64,000 bases of DNA, taken from Marsupella aquatica. Lineage: Eukaryota > Plantae > Marchantiophyta. The notes under the pieces were generated by a model. That model made no database searches and had not been told where the DNA came from. It saw nothing but the letters and a program-made list of their open reading frames with translations. The position numbers and the translations under genes are program-made. Position 1 is the stretch's first letter, and every line of letters starts with the position of its first letter. Location: positions 19,353,769 through 19,417,768 of the forward strand of contig OZ316892.1 in the NCBI GenBank assembly GCA_973895155.1, read 5' to 3'. Positions 24,701-36,853 of this stretch are shown here, in pieces.

Positions 24701-26400
24701 GACTTACGCCAAGATGAACCAGATGGAGTCTGTCATCATTGCAGAGCTCGACAAGGAGCTAAGAGCAACCCGGGAGGAGAGGACTACCTTGAAAAAAGAA
24801 CAGGAGGAAGCCCAGAAGGAACTAGAGGAGGCGCGCAAGGACCTGGATGAGACCCAGGAGGAGTTGGAGGAAATCACGAGGAAGATGGAGAACCTCCAGC
24901 GGCGGGCCGACAACCAAACAGAGCGGCTGAAGAAACAAGCCGCAGTATTTAAGTGCTTGTCTTCATCAGGCCCAACTCCAATTGGGGCAACCAAGTTACC
25001 AGGAGTGGTACTGGCCGAAGAAAAAGCCGCGCCACCTGCACCAGTGCCGGAAGTAAGTGGGAAGGGGAAGGGACCAGCTGCCGAACCAGAAAAGAAGAAG
25101 AAGCGGAAACCTTCAGGGTCAAAGAGTAATCCGACTCCACAGGCCGTGGTGACCAAGGAGGTAGACCCAGCACCAACCTCCGGCATGAATACGGCAATAG
25201 ATTCCGATATCATCAAGGGTGGGGGTGGTGCGGCCCAAGCCGAACTACTCGGTAATGAGGCCGGTATCCCAGATCCGCCTCTTGAGCAGGCCGGGGAGAC
25301 CGTAGCCGAGGCTGAGGCCGTAACCGATTCCCGAGCCGGTGCCGACGCCGATGGTGGACCCAGTCAGGCCGATGGAGAGTTGACTCAGTCAAGGGCAGGT
25401 AATCTGTCAGAGAACGAACCTACGGCAGTGGCTGAGGAGGAAGCGTTGGGGGCGTCCATTAAGGATCCACCACCGGTGTCGTGACGGTGCAAGGGCGCCG
25501 TTCCTTTTAGGAAGGGCGGACGTGGAGGGAGGAGGCGTGAGTGGGCAGGGCGGGCGCTGATCTCCAAGTTTAGGATTAGGATCAGGACCAGGAGCGGCCC
25601 TGACACTTAGCTTAGTGGGATTACGGTTCCACTGGTAGGAGCAACACTTGTGCTCCTGCCTTGCTGTACATAGGTAGATCCGGGCAAGTAGATTACTGTT
25701 AGGTAGATTAGGCTTACGCTGCAAAGAATTAGGCGGATCCACTACCAGGATAAGTACCTGGGCAGCGGGGAGCTCAGGGCCTCTTCTTTAGCAAGTTTTT
25801 AGTTTGCACCAGCCGGGCTGGGATCAAGTAGTAAGGGAAGCTCTCGGTTAGTCATACAGTGACCCTTGTGTATATTCATGTTTCCTCATGCCTAAGAACT
25901 GAATAGAGTTGGCCTCACGGCTTAGTTCGCAGAGCTTGTGTATGAGATGTACTGTTTGTATGGCAAGTGCATGGTATGACTCAGTCAGAAGGAGTCATTT
26001 TGCTATTTGTGTGTCGCATTAACTTGTGTGAAGAGTGCCCACATCAACTAACAGAAGGAAGGAAAGTAAGCAGGGGAGTGAGAGTTGGATGTGTCGAGCT
26101 GAGAGAGGTCTTAGCGGCTTAACCAAGCCTATTGGGGATCATTCCGGCGGCGGAATCCAAACATACCTAACAAGACGGAGGGGAAGACGAGGGAAGGCCT
26201 AGATTAGGCCGGCTACGTATCTCATGACCCGATGAAGGATCTGTCCAGTATATGTGTGTAAATGTTAATAGTAGTAGTAGAAGGTTAGCAGCGTCCCATG
26301 CCGCTAAGCCGCGGAAACGGCCTCGCCAAGCGCGAAACCTGCGGGAATCGGCTTGAGCTGGGGGGTTTCTTGGGTTTAGGGAGCCATGGGACGCACCACA
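21736..26400 (+). mobile_element. Solo LTR, family A copy 2 (4665 bp), nested in the family-B LTR
   Basis: TGTGATGCC...GCACCACA; flanks GATGT/AATGT (5-bp TSD with one mismatch). Confidence 0.93.
21851..25484 (+). pseudogene. LTR ORF of family A copy 2 (frameshift near 22005, stops near 22233 and 22548)
   Basis: Fragments 21851-22060, 22236-22550 and 22650-25484 are colinear with the intact ORF at 11184-14807. Confidence 0.9.
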
Positions 26401-26536
26401 AATGTCGGCTTTGGCACTTCAGTATTTCCGGCTACCACGCCACTAGTGGGAGACCGTCCAATTGGTGATCCGTGCCCGGCTTCGGCATACTTTCACAACT
26501 TCTCTATTTGATTATCTGCACGCCTCTACAAGCCGA

Positions 26537-29500
26537 TCATCTTCTCTTTGGCCTCCTCCAGCTCTTGGGATAAAAATCCTCAACTTCCTCATTAAGCCAA
26601 TGCGCTTCATCCTTGGCCGCCTTGAGCTCCTTGTTTAAGATCTGCACGATCTCAAACTCCTTTTCATCCCAAGCGACTCTCTGGGAATCGTTGATGATTT
26701 CCAACTTTGTGACCTCATCCATCCATGCCTGCTTTGTCCGAGTTATCTCCTCCTACAGCTCCTTGCATATCTGTTGAACTCGACTCAGGTGATCATTGGC
26801 CGCAGTGCACGTGGCGTCCTCATGCTTCTCTCGCATGGCCTCCAACCGGTCGAATAACTTGTCATACTTCCTTTGGGCTTCTGCCAAGGCTTTCTCGCTC
26901 TGGGTGGCTTGGTCCTTTGCCGTCTTTCTGAGCCTCTAGACTTGCCGATTTAGACCCTGTACCTCCGCTTTTGAATTGGCTAACTCCAGCTCTACTTTCA
27001 TCAATTTTTCTTTGATCTGTTGGTTATCCAATTGGTAGTTTTCCAATTGGTTGTTTGCCACCTCCAATTCCTGCTGCTTAGCCAAGAGATCCTGTTGAGC
27101 TTGTTGATCAAACTTTGTCTTAGCAACTTTGGCTTCCATGGAGCAAAGCCGAGCGATTACCTCCTCCTTCTTTAATTGCTCCAACATCATTGCCTCCTCC
27201 AGCCTTGTCTGGTCAGCCATTTCCTTTCTAAGAAATGGTCCGGATTCTAACTCATTGCCAAAGATTTCTAAGGCTAGCAGTCCACACATGTCTCCATACT
27301 CCCTAGCCCAATCCGTCGCATATTTTGACCTGCCAGGTGATACTGGCATTTGCCAACGAGGCCATTTCTCCCAAGCTTCTGCCCGTAACTGATTGAAGTC
27401 AATGAGAGGCGCGACCTGCTTCTCACTAAGCCATTTTATTTCCTCCGGCCAATCACCGCCTGGTAGCTGCCGTTCTTGTATGATCAATCTATTCATTAAA
27501 AGTGAATTATTATTCAATTTATGAACATTTGGGTAACAGAAAGTGTACATTTGGCCTTCAAAAAGTGTACAATTAGGCAAGAAACAAAGTTGATTACCAT
27601 CAGATGTACCACCATGTTCATCATTTGTAAATAAATTAGGATGAGACTGCTTCTAGTCAAGATCATTTTTGTTATCTCAAGTTTACAATTGATCATTTAG
27701 GTGTAGAGTATTATACCATAGTGTACCTTTTGGGTTTCAAAAGTGTATATTTAGAGACCAAAAAGTGAACATTTAGAGGCCCAAAAGTGAACAAAATACA
27801 ATACACTTTTAATGAATAGGGTGATTATGTCATTTCGGGCCCTCCACTCATCGAGTTTCTCCTTGAAACCTGCCTTGCCTTCCTTCATTCGGTCAAATTC
27901 CAATGGTGTCACGTCCGGTGGCAGAGACTCCAGGGTTTTTTGATCCTCCAGCTTGCCATAAAAGACTGAGGGAAGTCTTCTACAAAACCTTCCCAACGTT
28001 CTCACTCCTGGCACCGGTCTCTCCCCATGATTGACATAATCATTGTCGTAGTCATCCACATTAACCTGACTACCGAGCATGCTAGCCTCTTCTGCAAAGC
28101 CCCCAATCTCCTCCACTGAGTATTGTTGGGCTGCCACTGGTTGATTTACCTCCACCAGTTCCTCCACTCGGGCCCGGCTAGAAGCTCTAAGGACTGGCCT
28201 CTCTTTACTACGGCCTCGGCTTCCGTCTTTTGACTCTGAATCCACTTGCTCATCTCATTTCTTTCTTTTTTTGGCAGTCATTTTCCTCTCTACTAGTTGA
28301 ATACCTGCATATGGGTTATTACGAGTAGGCCGTCGCAACGGATTTCTCACCACATCATATGTTACCACCTCTGGTTCCTTGAGAGGGGAATTCTCCCATC
28401 CCTGGACTGCCTATATTGCCGGCCTCTTCTCTTGTCGTCGCTTGTTCAAGGGCAGCTCGTCCTCCTCCTCCACTCGTGCTGTAATCGGCATCCTCTCCTG
28501 TAGTGGTAACACTGGTGCAAAAGACTGGTTTCTTGCATATCGGCAAAGTAATTGCAGATGGTACCCTAGTTTGGATACCGCTCCTTCCCCAATACTCTAC
28601 TTCTCTTCATTCAATGCCTTCTTTAACTACATTAAAAGATAGCCAATGTAGTCTCGGCTTGAATCGATATTCTCCACCAAAAATACCTGGGCCTTGCCGA
28701 TCTCTGCTCTCGGCAATGTATAGTGTAGCGTGACTTGTAAGAAATCAATCAACTGCCCCACATGTGGATTAGTGCATTGATTTCTAAAGAACCCATTCTT
28801 AGTAGAGGGCCTTGGAAATGATCGGAATTGATTATCTGGCAATGTCTTTCATTGCTCCACCTTAGTTTTATTCCCCTATGGAAGAGCAAAGACGGCTTCA
28901 ATTAGTGTTGGCGTTAATTCCACCACCTTTCCATACATCAGTGTTGTGTTAGAAGAAGCCTCCCAGCATCCTATGAAGTCTAACAAATCTTTGTCTGGTA
29001 TGTCAATTAATCACCATGGTAACCGAATGAATCCCTCTAAGCCGGTGTCGTTCATGTATCCAAAATACTTGTTATCCTGGATAGCACAGAAGGCCTCATC
29101 TTCTTCTCATGCAAACTGTAGTTGTAAGTCGGCAGGTAGCTTATCCACCCAACCCGTCATAAACTTATCCTCCACTGCCCTATCATGAACTGGCACGGCT
29201 TCAGCCTTGGCCTGCCTCTCCGATCGATTCCGCTTAGCTAGTGTTGCAGACGCCGAACTACCTTTACGCTTCATCTCTTCAGTTCCTGAGAACTCTCCAA
29301 GAATGGCTTCCTTGGACCAAGCCAAAGTGTGATCCTTCAACTCCCACACCGGCTGCCCAGCGTTCTTAATTGCCTCCCAAATTCCAACGACTCGATTCTC
29401 TCTGATCAGCAACTCATCAAGCTCGGCACTGGTGGGAATCCATACGAATTTCTCAAGTACCTCCTCCGTTCCCACAAACGCCATCTTATGAATTCCCCAT

Positions 29501-29860
29501 AACCGAGCGAGCTCCGCCCGTTCCCTTGCTGCTCATTCTGGCTTGACGTCTTCGTAAGTTGGTATGAGCTACCGTGCTTCTTCAAGCAAACAGCCCCATA
29601 ACTTGGCCGCCTGATTCACCGTGGTCATTCCACCAAAAGAAAAAGGAGCTTGAACAATTCCCTAACCACCTCCCTTGATCAATCGGCAGCTGCTTCCGCG
29701 GTCCTAGGTTGATCGAATAAGCAAATGAGCAAGTGTATAGAATGTCGGTCCCCTCCCTGCGAAGCCGCTTCCCTATGGCTTGCCTGATTAAGTCTGGATT
29801 AGGTCATAACCCTAATCCTACTCAATTGTGACCGTTGGATCTTACCTGATCGCAATCCTC
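26537..29860 (-). pseudogene. Decayed LTR ORF of family B
   Basis: Fragments such as FVWIPTSAELDELL, FRSFPRPSTKNGFFRNQCTNPH, PVPGVRTLGRF and LPGGDWPEEI...EYGDMCGLLALEIFG align in order with the family-A ORF. The C-terminus likely continues at 21200-21735. Confidence 0.88.
27483..27825. mobile_element. MITE (343 bp), ~26-bp imperfect TIRs, 4-bp TSD TATG
   Basis: ATCAATCTATTCATTAAAAGTG ... CACTTTTAATGAATAGGGTGAT. Removal restores ARNDIQERQLPGGDW. Confidence 0.9.
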
Positions 29861-32317
29861 CTCATAACACATTGCAATCGGCTTTGGTCTTTATTCCTAC
29901 CTTATACGATTTAGCCATTATTTTTATTTAGCCATTATTTTAGGCTTTTACCTAAGTACTTTGTGATCCTGGCAAGGCATCACAAGAATTCGTGCGGAGG
30001 CTTCCCAAGAGGCTGCCAACATCATAGTGAATGCAAGTACACAAGCTACTAGCATCCTATAGTCTACACAATTACAATGTGACAAATTGACACAAAGAAG
30101 ACAAACTCTCCGCAATCGCATAGGGCGTCAAGAAGCACGTCTTCGGTCCTTAGATGGGCAACTTCTTGGTGAGAGCATGCATGGCCAAACTTCAGAGCTG
30201 CAGCAAGAGAGTTCAGCTTCGAGGCAAGCAAACTGTCAATCCTCTGCTTAATTTAGAGCACGAGATGCTCAAAGAAAGTGAGCAGCATACTGGAAGAAAA
30301 AGGGTAATACACGCACAGAGGCTTGGTAATGTGGGTCTGCTGGTGATTTAGAAGACGAATTGAATTCCAATAGGAGAACACAAAGTGTTCAGTCTCAGGT
30401 GTCTGTGGCGGTGATATCCATCCTGAGTAGATTGGACAAATTTAATTTGTCTACAAGGAAGCTATTTTTCACTAAGTTTATGCTCCATCCTTCCTTGAAG
30501 AAGTACCTCCCTGTAGTTTTTGGGACTCGTCGGAGAGATGTAGCGATACTTGCTGCAGTTGCTGACCTAAAGAATTGCTTGCAAAAAGTGAAGACTGCAA
30601 AGCGGAAAGACCATCTAGGTGCAAAGCAGTCTATCTTGATAGTTGCATTGGCAGGCCAGGCCACAGTAGTGAATAGGTATCAGACTTCAGTGGCTGGGGC
30701 TTTGGGTATCAAACGACAAATCATATATAAAGCTTCAAGAAGGAGGAAGTCCATAGATTCCGATTGTTTGATAAGGTTTCCAATGGGGGAAAGGAAAGTG
30801 AGAAGCGACAAAATTTCAGCTGAAGTCCGAAGAATTGTGGAAAAGTTTTGGGAATCAAATACTCGAATCTCTCCTTGTGCCAAGGACAAGGCTAGACTAA
30901 GATTGAGTATAAATGTGTACGAGGAGCATCGGGTGCATTGGCTGGAGGATACCCAGGTTAGATTTTGTTAATTTGTCATTATCAATGACATTCAAATAGG
31001 GCTTACAATAGGGTACAGGAGCTTTCATGTTCATCAGTAAGTGATTTGAACTCTACTGCATCTTTGTTTACAATGATTGAATATGTTTTGAAGCAAGGCT
31101 TGCATCTTTTTCAGGTGGAGTTTTTTCTAAAAGTCCAGGAGTTTTGTAGCAGAGACGATAATGGAGTTAATATAGGCTTCAGGTCTTTTAAGTATATGAA
31201 GCCTTACTACATTCGTCCTATAAAAGACATAAACATTTGTTGTTGTAAGCAACATGTGAAATGGACCTCTTGAAGGAGGCAATCAACAAATTCAGGAAGC
31301 ATGAACACAGTAAGCATTGCTCTTGTGATTGCCCCATTTGCACATCAGTTGATGCTCCTTTGCAAAGTTATGTAGCTTCTAGAACAACAATAACATCTGT
31401 ACGGGGCTGGATAGAGGGAGTGTCACGTCATCGGCTGCGGCCTTAACTCAGACTTCAGCTTAGACGGGCACATCCCTCGTAAATCTAAGGGTTCGGGCAG
31501 GAAAGGAAGCACGTAATGCACCTTATTCTCGTAAACTAGCGCTAAGTGCGCATACTGCTAAATACGGACACCTCCTAGGTATGGTTTGTGTTCCGCTGCC
31601 GGAACGTACCTTAGTCGATAGCAGGATCGACCCCGGCTTAAGGGCTTCTAAGCCTTCGTGCTGTCCGCCTTCGATCCGGATTCGATGATACAGGTCCTCA
31701 ACCCGTGCTCACAACCACTTACCCGTAGGCTGCACCCTGTGCACGTCTTGGGTAGTGCGTTCGGCTTGGCGCTGCCACCCATATACGAGAAACCCACACA
31801 CATACACGCGCACATGCATACAATCTCGATTTACACGAAGGAAAATGATGGGAAAGGATTTTACTACAAAGGGAACATATGCGTACACTTAGTTGACCCG
31901 ACAGCCCTAGAATGAACAGGTTCAAGGCCGAGGGTGCACACTACAACGGAGCCCGGCTCCGCACTCGCCCGGCGAGCTTAGTCCTACCCCCTCCCCTTGG
32001 TACTCTTTCATTCCCAGAGGTCAGGACTCCCCGCACATACTGCGGACGCCCAACTTTGCAACTAAACCCCCCCCCCCGTCTCTACCGAGGGGTGCACGAA
32101 ATACTAAGGGCCGAGGGACGGGGTGTCCTCTCGCCGAAGATTCACTGACTACGGTCCTAACTAAGCTGACAGTCAGGCCGGAAACGGCTGTGTCTTATTA
32201 GAAGATCCTAATCTATGCAAGCTGGACAGCACTGCAGCGATGCTGTACCTAAGGCAGGTGCCTGTCCCAAGAGCCTGACTAAGCTAGTCCTAATCCTACT
32301 CTATTCCTACTCCGCCG

Positions 32318-34954
32318 CTAATGCCTGGCACGCTTGCCAGAGCCACCTGAATTGGAGCGGCCATCCCGCTGCCTTCGAAGCCTATCATTGTCCGCCTTGA
32401 GGAGCTGGACCTCGTCCAGCAGAGATTCGTTCTCTCGCCTCGCCGCGTCCGTCTCCTCTGCTGCCTCCTGACAAGCCTCCTCCAACTGCTGGGCGTCACT
32501 TGTCAGTTTACCCGCTAGTTGGTCCTGTTTCTCGGCCTCGGTTTGGAGCTGCGCCACCTCGGCCTGTAGCGTGGCTATCTCCGTCGTGTCCCGCTGGGCC
32601 CGTTCCTCGGCCTCCTCCAGGTCTTTCTGCCAGGTGACAGTTTGATTCTTCAAACTGTCAATCTGGTTCCGGAGTCGTGTAATCTCGGCTTCATTCCCAG
32701 CTTTGGCCTGTTCGGCTAGGGCGGTAAGAGCGTGCGCCTTTGCTAACAACTCATCGGCGGCTGCAACCTTGGGTCGTAGTTGCCAAAGCTCAGCCTCTTG
32801 AGCTGCAACTTTGTTCTTTAGGTACACGGACTCCACCTGGTACCGCTCTATCCTCTGAAGGGCCTCTGACTGGGCCCGACCTGCCTTTACTACGACAACC
32901 AACTCCTGATTGAAGAAACAGGCTACCTTCCGGGCCATGAACTCCTCGGTATCCCGGGAAATTTGATGAGAGAAATCTCCCAGAAGCCCGTTCAGAAATA
33001 TACCCGGTACGAAGAATTCCGGGTGGTCCAGGTTGTGCCTGTCCGGAGTTGGGCACGGGCAGACGTCCACACGCGCGGGGGCCGGGGCAGTGACGTCCAG
33101 CCCTGGGGACGTAACGTTGGAAGGGGCTGGAGCGTCCTCCTGTAGCAATGTCTGGTTCTCCAGAATAGCCACCGGTGGGTCTTTGGGAGAACCGGGCTCG
33201 GGTAAGACCTCCGCCGTACCGACTTCTGTACTTAGCCCGGCCTGTTGGGTCGCATCAACGGTTGCGACACCCGACCCATCTGGTACCTCCTCGGTTACGA
33301 CTACAGCTACTTGTGGAGGTGGGGTGGGTGAAGCTGGCGTGTCCGCTGGACTTCGGGCCTCGGGCTGGGGCCGTCTCTCCAAGGCCGGGAAAACCCACCT
33401 AGCTGGGACCAGCTTTGTAACATTGACACGGGGAAGGGTTTGTCGATCAAACCGGGCGTACCACTCAAGAATGATCTCGATGTGGCTAGCGAAATACGCC
33501 TTCCCGCCAATGTACAGCGTCTTCCTTCGCCGCTCCATCTCTTCATGGAATTTCTTAGCGAAGTACGACGCCCACCTCCTAGGTCGATAGTTCTCGACTT
33601 GGATAACCTGGGCGGCGGAGATCTCCCCCTGGGGTTCCATCATGTGGAGGGCGTACCTCTGGAACTCCAGTCGCTCAGCTATCTCGGGGATGAGGCAGGT
33701 TTTCATCACAAACCCGTTGTCCACTGCTCCCTCTGAGGGAAAACTTGAAGATTGGTACTTGGCTCCCTTGCCCCCGGGAGCCCGTGATTCGACTCGATGG
33801 TCACCTTCGGGTAACCCGAAGATCATCCTGAGCCGTTCTTCCGTGAGGGACATACTCCTTCCCCGTAGCCGAGTATGTTGACGCGCGTTGTCATAATTCC
33901 TGACGAACTCCGTCATGTCCTCCCCATAGTGCCTGCAAGTGTTCCAGGGGAGGGAGGCGAGGTGCTCGAATCCCTGAGTCTTCAGGTACACCGCATGCTT
34001 GGGATGGAGGATGTTTTTGTGAACATTTTCCCCCATGCGGTGCATCGTCATCTTGGCCACGGCTACCGTGGCCAATGGTAACCCGGATGCAGTGGCGGAT
34101 TCCTTCCTCTTCTTCCCCCGTGACTGGCTTGGGGAAGGTGACACCTCCCCATCCTCCCGATCGGGCCTGGGTAGTGCTACTGCCGTTAGTAACGGGCCCG
34201 GGTCGGCCACGGTCACCAAGTTGTCTGCCGGGGCCGCTCCTGGGGTCAGAGCAGGGGGTGGGGACGATATAGTATCGGCCCCCTGAGCGCTTGTTCCTCT
34301 GGGCCGCCTGGTCAAGGGTAGGGTAGCCTCGTCGTCATCGCTAAGATCCACAGCGTTGATGACGGAGCGTACTTGTGCTGGCTGGGCGATCGGTGGTGGG
34401 GTTTGGCTAGGCTGCGGCTGAGGCTGAAGCTGAAGCTGAGCCTGAGGTTGTACGGGTATGGGTACGGGTACAACTGAGTTGGTCATGTTGGTTGTTGGCC
34501 GAGTTCCTATGAAGCTCTGTAGGTGCTGGTAGAAGTTCTCTGAAGCGAGTGCAGACGACCTTGTCGAACGGGTAGTGCTGGACTCGCTGTTGATGATAGC
34601 CCGAACCTGAGCAGGGATGTGGTCAAAGTGATGTCGCTGCAAGTCGATCGTACCCGGGATATTGAAGACCTCGTCCGGAAGCCGAAGCAATGCTTCCCAG
34701 AACCCGATATATTTGTCTCCATTGAAGAAGTACCCGGATACCTCTGCTGGTCGGTAAAGCTCGCTCTGAGACGGGTAGTCAAAGTTAAGGATGTAGTGGT
34801 GTCGTCCTGCTAGGCGGATGGCTCGCTCGTACTCGCGTTCGATTTCATATCGGCGCGGGTTAGCGTGTTTCAATGAGTCGGCCAAGTGCCTTCCGGTAGA
34901 TAGGAACTGCGTCTAGAATCGAATGGCCGAGCTGGAGAGGATCGTGTGCGACAT
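32318..34954 (-). CDS. LTR-encoded ~880-aa protein of family C, distant homolog of the family-A ORF
   Basis: 855 open codons from 34885, with an in-frame ATG at 34954 separated by one TAG (34913-34915). Shared block GFEHLASLPW...EFVRNYD...RLRG....LT...IFGLPEG...NGF...C. C-terminal coiled coil. Confidence 0.75.
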
Positions 34955-35053
34955 TCAGAGGAGATAGTAGTGGCGACTTAGAGCGAACGAGAGAGCTGGG
35001 GTCGAAGCTGGTGCGTGGACTGATGGACTGGTGCACTACAAAGGGTTGGCTCC

Positions 35054-35062
35054 CCTTTTATA
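35054..35062 (-). promoter_or_regulatory. TATA box upstream of the LTR-C ORF
   Basis: TATAAAAGG about 100 bp 5' of the ATG at 34954. Confidence 0.55.
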
Positions 35063-36694
35063 CCTTGAGGGCTTGTCGATCCCCCGACGTCTCCTTGACG
35101 CCCATAGGCTGAACCGCTCACGCTTGTGGTGTGCCGGCCACTCCGCCGGTCTGAGTCAGCGCGTGTCAGTGGCCGCTTCCTTAAGTTCGTTATATGGACC
35201 CGAGGGAGGGGCCCCTCCACGCTCGTAACCCGGGTGTGCAAATAGCGACCAGCTGCCAGTCCGAACCTGAATTCCCCCTTATTGCCTAATGATATCCTAC
35301 CCATAATGATTACCTAAATACTGTCGTTATGCTAATAATAGCGGTCTAAGACACTCCTAACGCACGTGCCGAGCGCAGTTAGACCAAATCACTCATTAAC
35401 CGCCGTACCGGCAGCGTCACAGGGAGCTCTTTGTCCAAGAGCTGAGGGGAAGCAGTGGCATGGAAAGAGATATATCATGGGTTCCTGTAAGAATTGTGGA
35501 GTCAACAAGTTGCATTGGTGTACATCTGAGTTAGATCCAGTTGACAAGCAAATTTATTGAGTGGGAGACATTTCAGTATTTGGAGTTAGATGAGAAAGCC
35601 CAGCAAAAGAGAGAGAAGAAAAAAGGAACAGACGAGAGTGCTACAAAAAAGTCAAATGGTTGAGAATGGTGTTTAAGAGAACTTCAATGGGTGAATTCAA
35701 GAGTCAAGTTTTGAATACAATGAAGACAAACATAGTGACGGACCAAACGAGAAGTATGACCACCAAACGAGAAGTGTGTTTACGATTTCGCCAAAAATGG
35801 CAAAAAATCACTAAAATTAAGATCAAAAATGCTAATTTGAGGATGAATCCAAAATCGCATCCAACATCGGATTTCAAATCGAGATACTATCGATGCAAAA
35901 ACACAGAATTGTCACAATCTTGAATTCCGATACACTTCATCTAAAAAAAGTGCAAATTCCAAAACCTGGAAAAACAATGCTTTTCACGTGATCCTTCTAA
36001 AAGCTAAATCCGAGCGTCAAACAAAATGAGTAAAATACAAGATTTCATTTTCGCCATCAAAATGGCAAACTGAAAATGGGATACGGCGTATCCCATTTTG
36101 GATTCAACTATTGAACATGGATGAAAACCACACCAAATCATTCTCTTGACGCTTCCATTTAACCTCGGGTTAAAAATGTTTGAATTTTTAACTGTGGTAA
36201 AATTGAAAACTGCGAAAAACTGACCACGGACTATAGTCAAACCACACAGTTAGTTAAGTTAACCCGACGACATGTCCAGAATTTTTTTAGCCCATAACGC
36301 ATGATGAATACGAGATGGGATCCAAGTATCCACTATCGTATTCAACCTCAATGTTTTCCACTTGCAACTTTGCTTCAGGAGATCTTTTGACATGAATACC
36401 AACTGAGATCCATGGATCCCATTTTTTTCGCAAGTCCAAAAACTGATCGGGAAAATAGGAGGATGAATACCAGATGGGATCCATGGATCCCATCTAGTAT
36501 TCAACCTCTACATTTTGAAGTTTTTGCATCGCATACCTTGATATTCCAGTTTGAAGACCAACTGGGATCCACGGCGACTTCCTCAAAAATCTACAATTTA
36601 AATTTCAACATTCTTTGAAAAGACAGACTCTCACGTGAAAAAACCCTCGTACGGACCAATCAGGGAATGCCACATGTCCAATGCCCCCAAAAAC

Positions 36695-36703
36695 TATAAA
36701 AGG
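36695..36703 (+). promoter_or_regulatory. TATA box of Sola1-like transposase 1
   Basis: TATAAAAGG with an upstream CCAAT (36656), a downstream CATTTC and the ATG at 36854. Same layout as at 45252. Confidence 0.6.
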
Positions 36704-36853
36704 AAGAGCTCGCATCTGTTTTTCATCTTCATTTCTCGTGATTACTTTGAGGTTTGTTCAGTATTGAGTAGTTGTTTTCATAGAATACTGTAATCTGAAT
36801 TTTCTCTGTTGGATACGAATACGTACTCCTATACAACCCTTGTTTGATTCTCT

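Larger units (their letters stand above)
20362..29984 (-). mobile_element. 5' LTR of family B (~4.6 kb after removing nested inserts), carrying a decayed homolog of the family-A LTR ORF
   Basis: Termini TGTGATGCCTTGCCAGG...TGCACCACA parallel those of family A. It is followed by a PBS and gag, and interrupted by LTR-A copy 2 and a MITE. Confidence 0.88.
31421..35421 (-). mobile_element. Solo LTR, family C (4001 bp), ORF-bearing
   Basis: Minus-strand termini TGTGACGC...CGTGACA; perfect 5-bp TSD GGGAG (31416-31420 and 35422-35426). The flanks rejoin the Sola2-like frame. Confidence 0.93.
30360..35730 (+). pseudogene. N-terminal part of a Sola2-like DNA transposase, split by LTR-C and truncated
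   Basis: RKVRSDKI...FWESNTRISP, an intron at ~30957-31114, then FKYMKPYYIR...CCCKQH and C.C..C. After the LTR-C insert it resumes with LCPR...GSCKNCG. The catalytic part is missing. Confidence 0.6.

Noticed and set aside
26220-26250. Hammerhead ribozyme in the LTR 3' region (CCCGATGAAG shared by A and B)
   Set aside because: Lacks the CUGANGA core and a properly placed GAAA with three stems.
5875-29984. 5875-6035 and 20362-29984 as the two LTRs of one element
   Set aside because: The outer flanks differ (ACCAC vs AGAAT), the copies are visibly diverged, and only 160 bp remain at the left.
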